Part shown: piece by piece, positions 62,936 to 64,000 of the stretch
Numbering within the stretch: the first letter of the stretch is position 1
Layout of the letters: each line of letters starts with the position of its first letter
Origin: Squalus acanthias
Taxonomy: Eukaryota
Length of the DNA stretch: 64,000 nt
Direction: 5' to 3'
Assembly (NCBI GenBank): GCA_030390025.1
Contig: CM059425.1
Location: forward strand, 166,782,001 to 166,846,000
Made by a program: the position numbers and the translations under genes
Notes under the pieces: generated by a model
The model's input: only the letters and a program-made list of their open reading frames with translations
The model's database searches: none
Told to the model about the DNA's origin: nothing

Positions 62936-64000
62936 AAACAAACCAGGCCCTTCTACTTCTGACCCTGTCAGAACTTGATCGCACACACCATCAGTCATTC
63001 TGTCTCAAGCAACAGCCCAGAGACATCCACCCAGAGAAGAGTGATGCACAGAGAATGAGTGGGTAGAAGTTGCTGAGGGTGGAAGATGAAGAAAAAGACA
63101 TTGCTGCAGGAGAGTCATAAGATGTTGCCCCTTAGCTGAAGAGTCTGGGACCCAGATCTCAGAGGTCATGCTTTTAAAGGAAGATGTCTGCAGATATGAA
63201 GAGGGCAATTTTAACCCTACCCACCTGGCAGAAATCAGGTGGGTGGGCAGTTAAAATCGCCCAAATTACTCAAACGACTTGGAGCCACCAGGAGCTGACC
63301 ATCCCCAAATTCAACGTGCTCTACTGAGCAGGCAGAAGGGACACCCATCCAAAGCTGGCGGGGTCTTTTTTAACTTATGCATGTCAGGTCCTGATGACAT
63401 CATTGTGACGGGATTGCAATTTTAACTGGACGGCCTCCCCTGTCACGGTCTCCCCCCCTACTTTCTGATCATGAGATCCCTGCAAGAAGGCCCCGGCAGC
63501 CAATCCTGCCAAAGATATTTTAAAATGCTTTAACGAGCAGAGAAAAACACTGAACAGAAGAGAGAAAGAAAAAGCAGATAACGTTAGGCTAGGAGAGAGA
63601 GAAAGGCTCATTGGAGAAAACAGCTACATGTTTGTGATATCTTGAGACACAGCATATATATATAAAAGCACAACATGGCTTCCGGTAAGCACTGTACTGC
63701 ATATGGCTTTATTATTATATACATCAGTAGTCCACCAGGTTGCTCTATTACACTTTTCCCTCCTTATTGAAGAAGTTAATCATAGCAAATAATCATTGTA
63801 CATGACTTGCATGGTATACACAACTCTTGGTATACATTTCTCAAATGGAACCCATTTTATGTTTTCAAATTCTACTGTAGAATTCTGTAACACAAACAAA
63901 AGATATGAACTTATTTTCCATATTTACAGATTAAACTTAACGATTGGTTTTCTGTTTCAAAGAGGATACCTTCTTTCTTGAACAGAACTTTCAGATCTTA

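Overview
Non-genic, repeat-dense vertebrate DNA. The repeat inventory (DeuSINE/SacSINE1-like SINE, CR1 and L2 LINEs, Harbinger DNA transposons and their MITEs, Penelope-type inverted repeats) points to a cartilaginous fish, probably a shark; this is inference. I found no host gene I can support. About 5.6-21 kb is one Harbinger transposon (3-bp TSD ATT) inflated by nested L2, CR1, a second Harbinger and Penelope-type insertions. The most notable object is a young 7.1-kb LTR element at 55837-62935. It has two 812-bp LTRs differing at 1 position, a 4-bp TSD, a tRNA-Leu PBS and a PPT. It has no recognisable pol. It carries a gag-like gene without a zinc knuckle, an orphan 219-aa ORF behind a splice acceptor, a ~696-aa envelope with F-protein-like rather than gammaretroviral architecture, and a RING-H2-like relic after env. 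Its gag also contains an in-frame 48-bp Penelope-derived insertion. All alignments were done by eye, and repeat boundaries are approximate unless a TSD is given.
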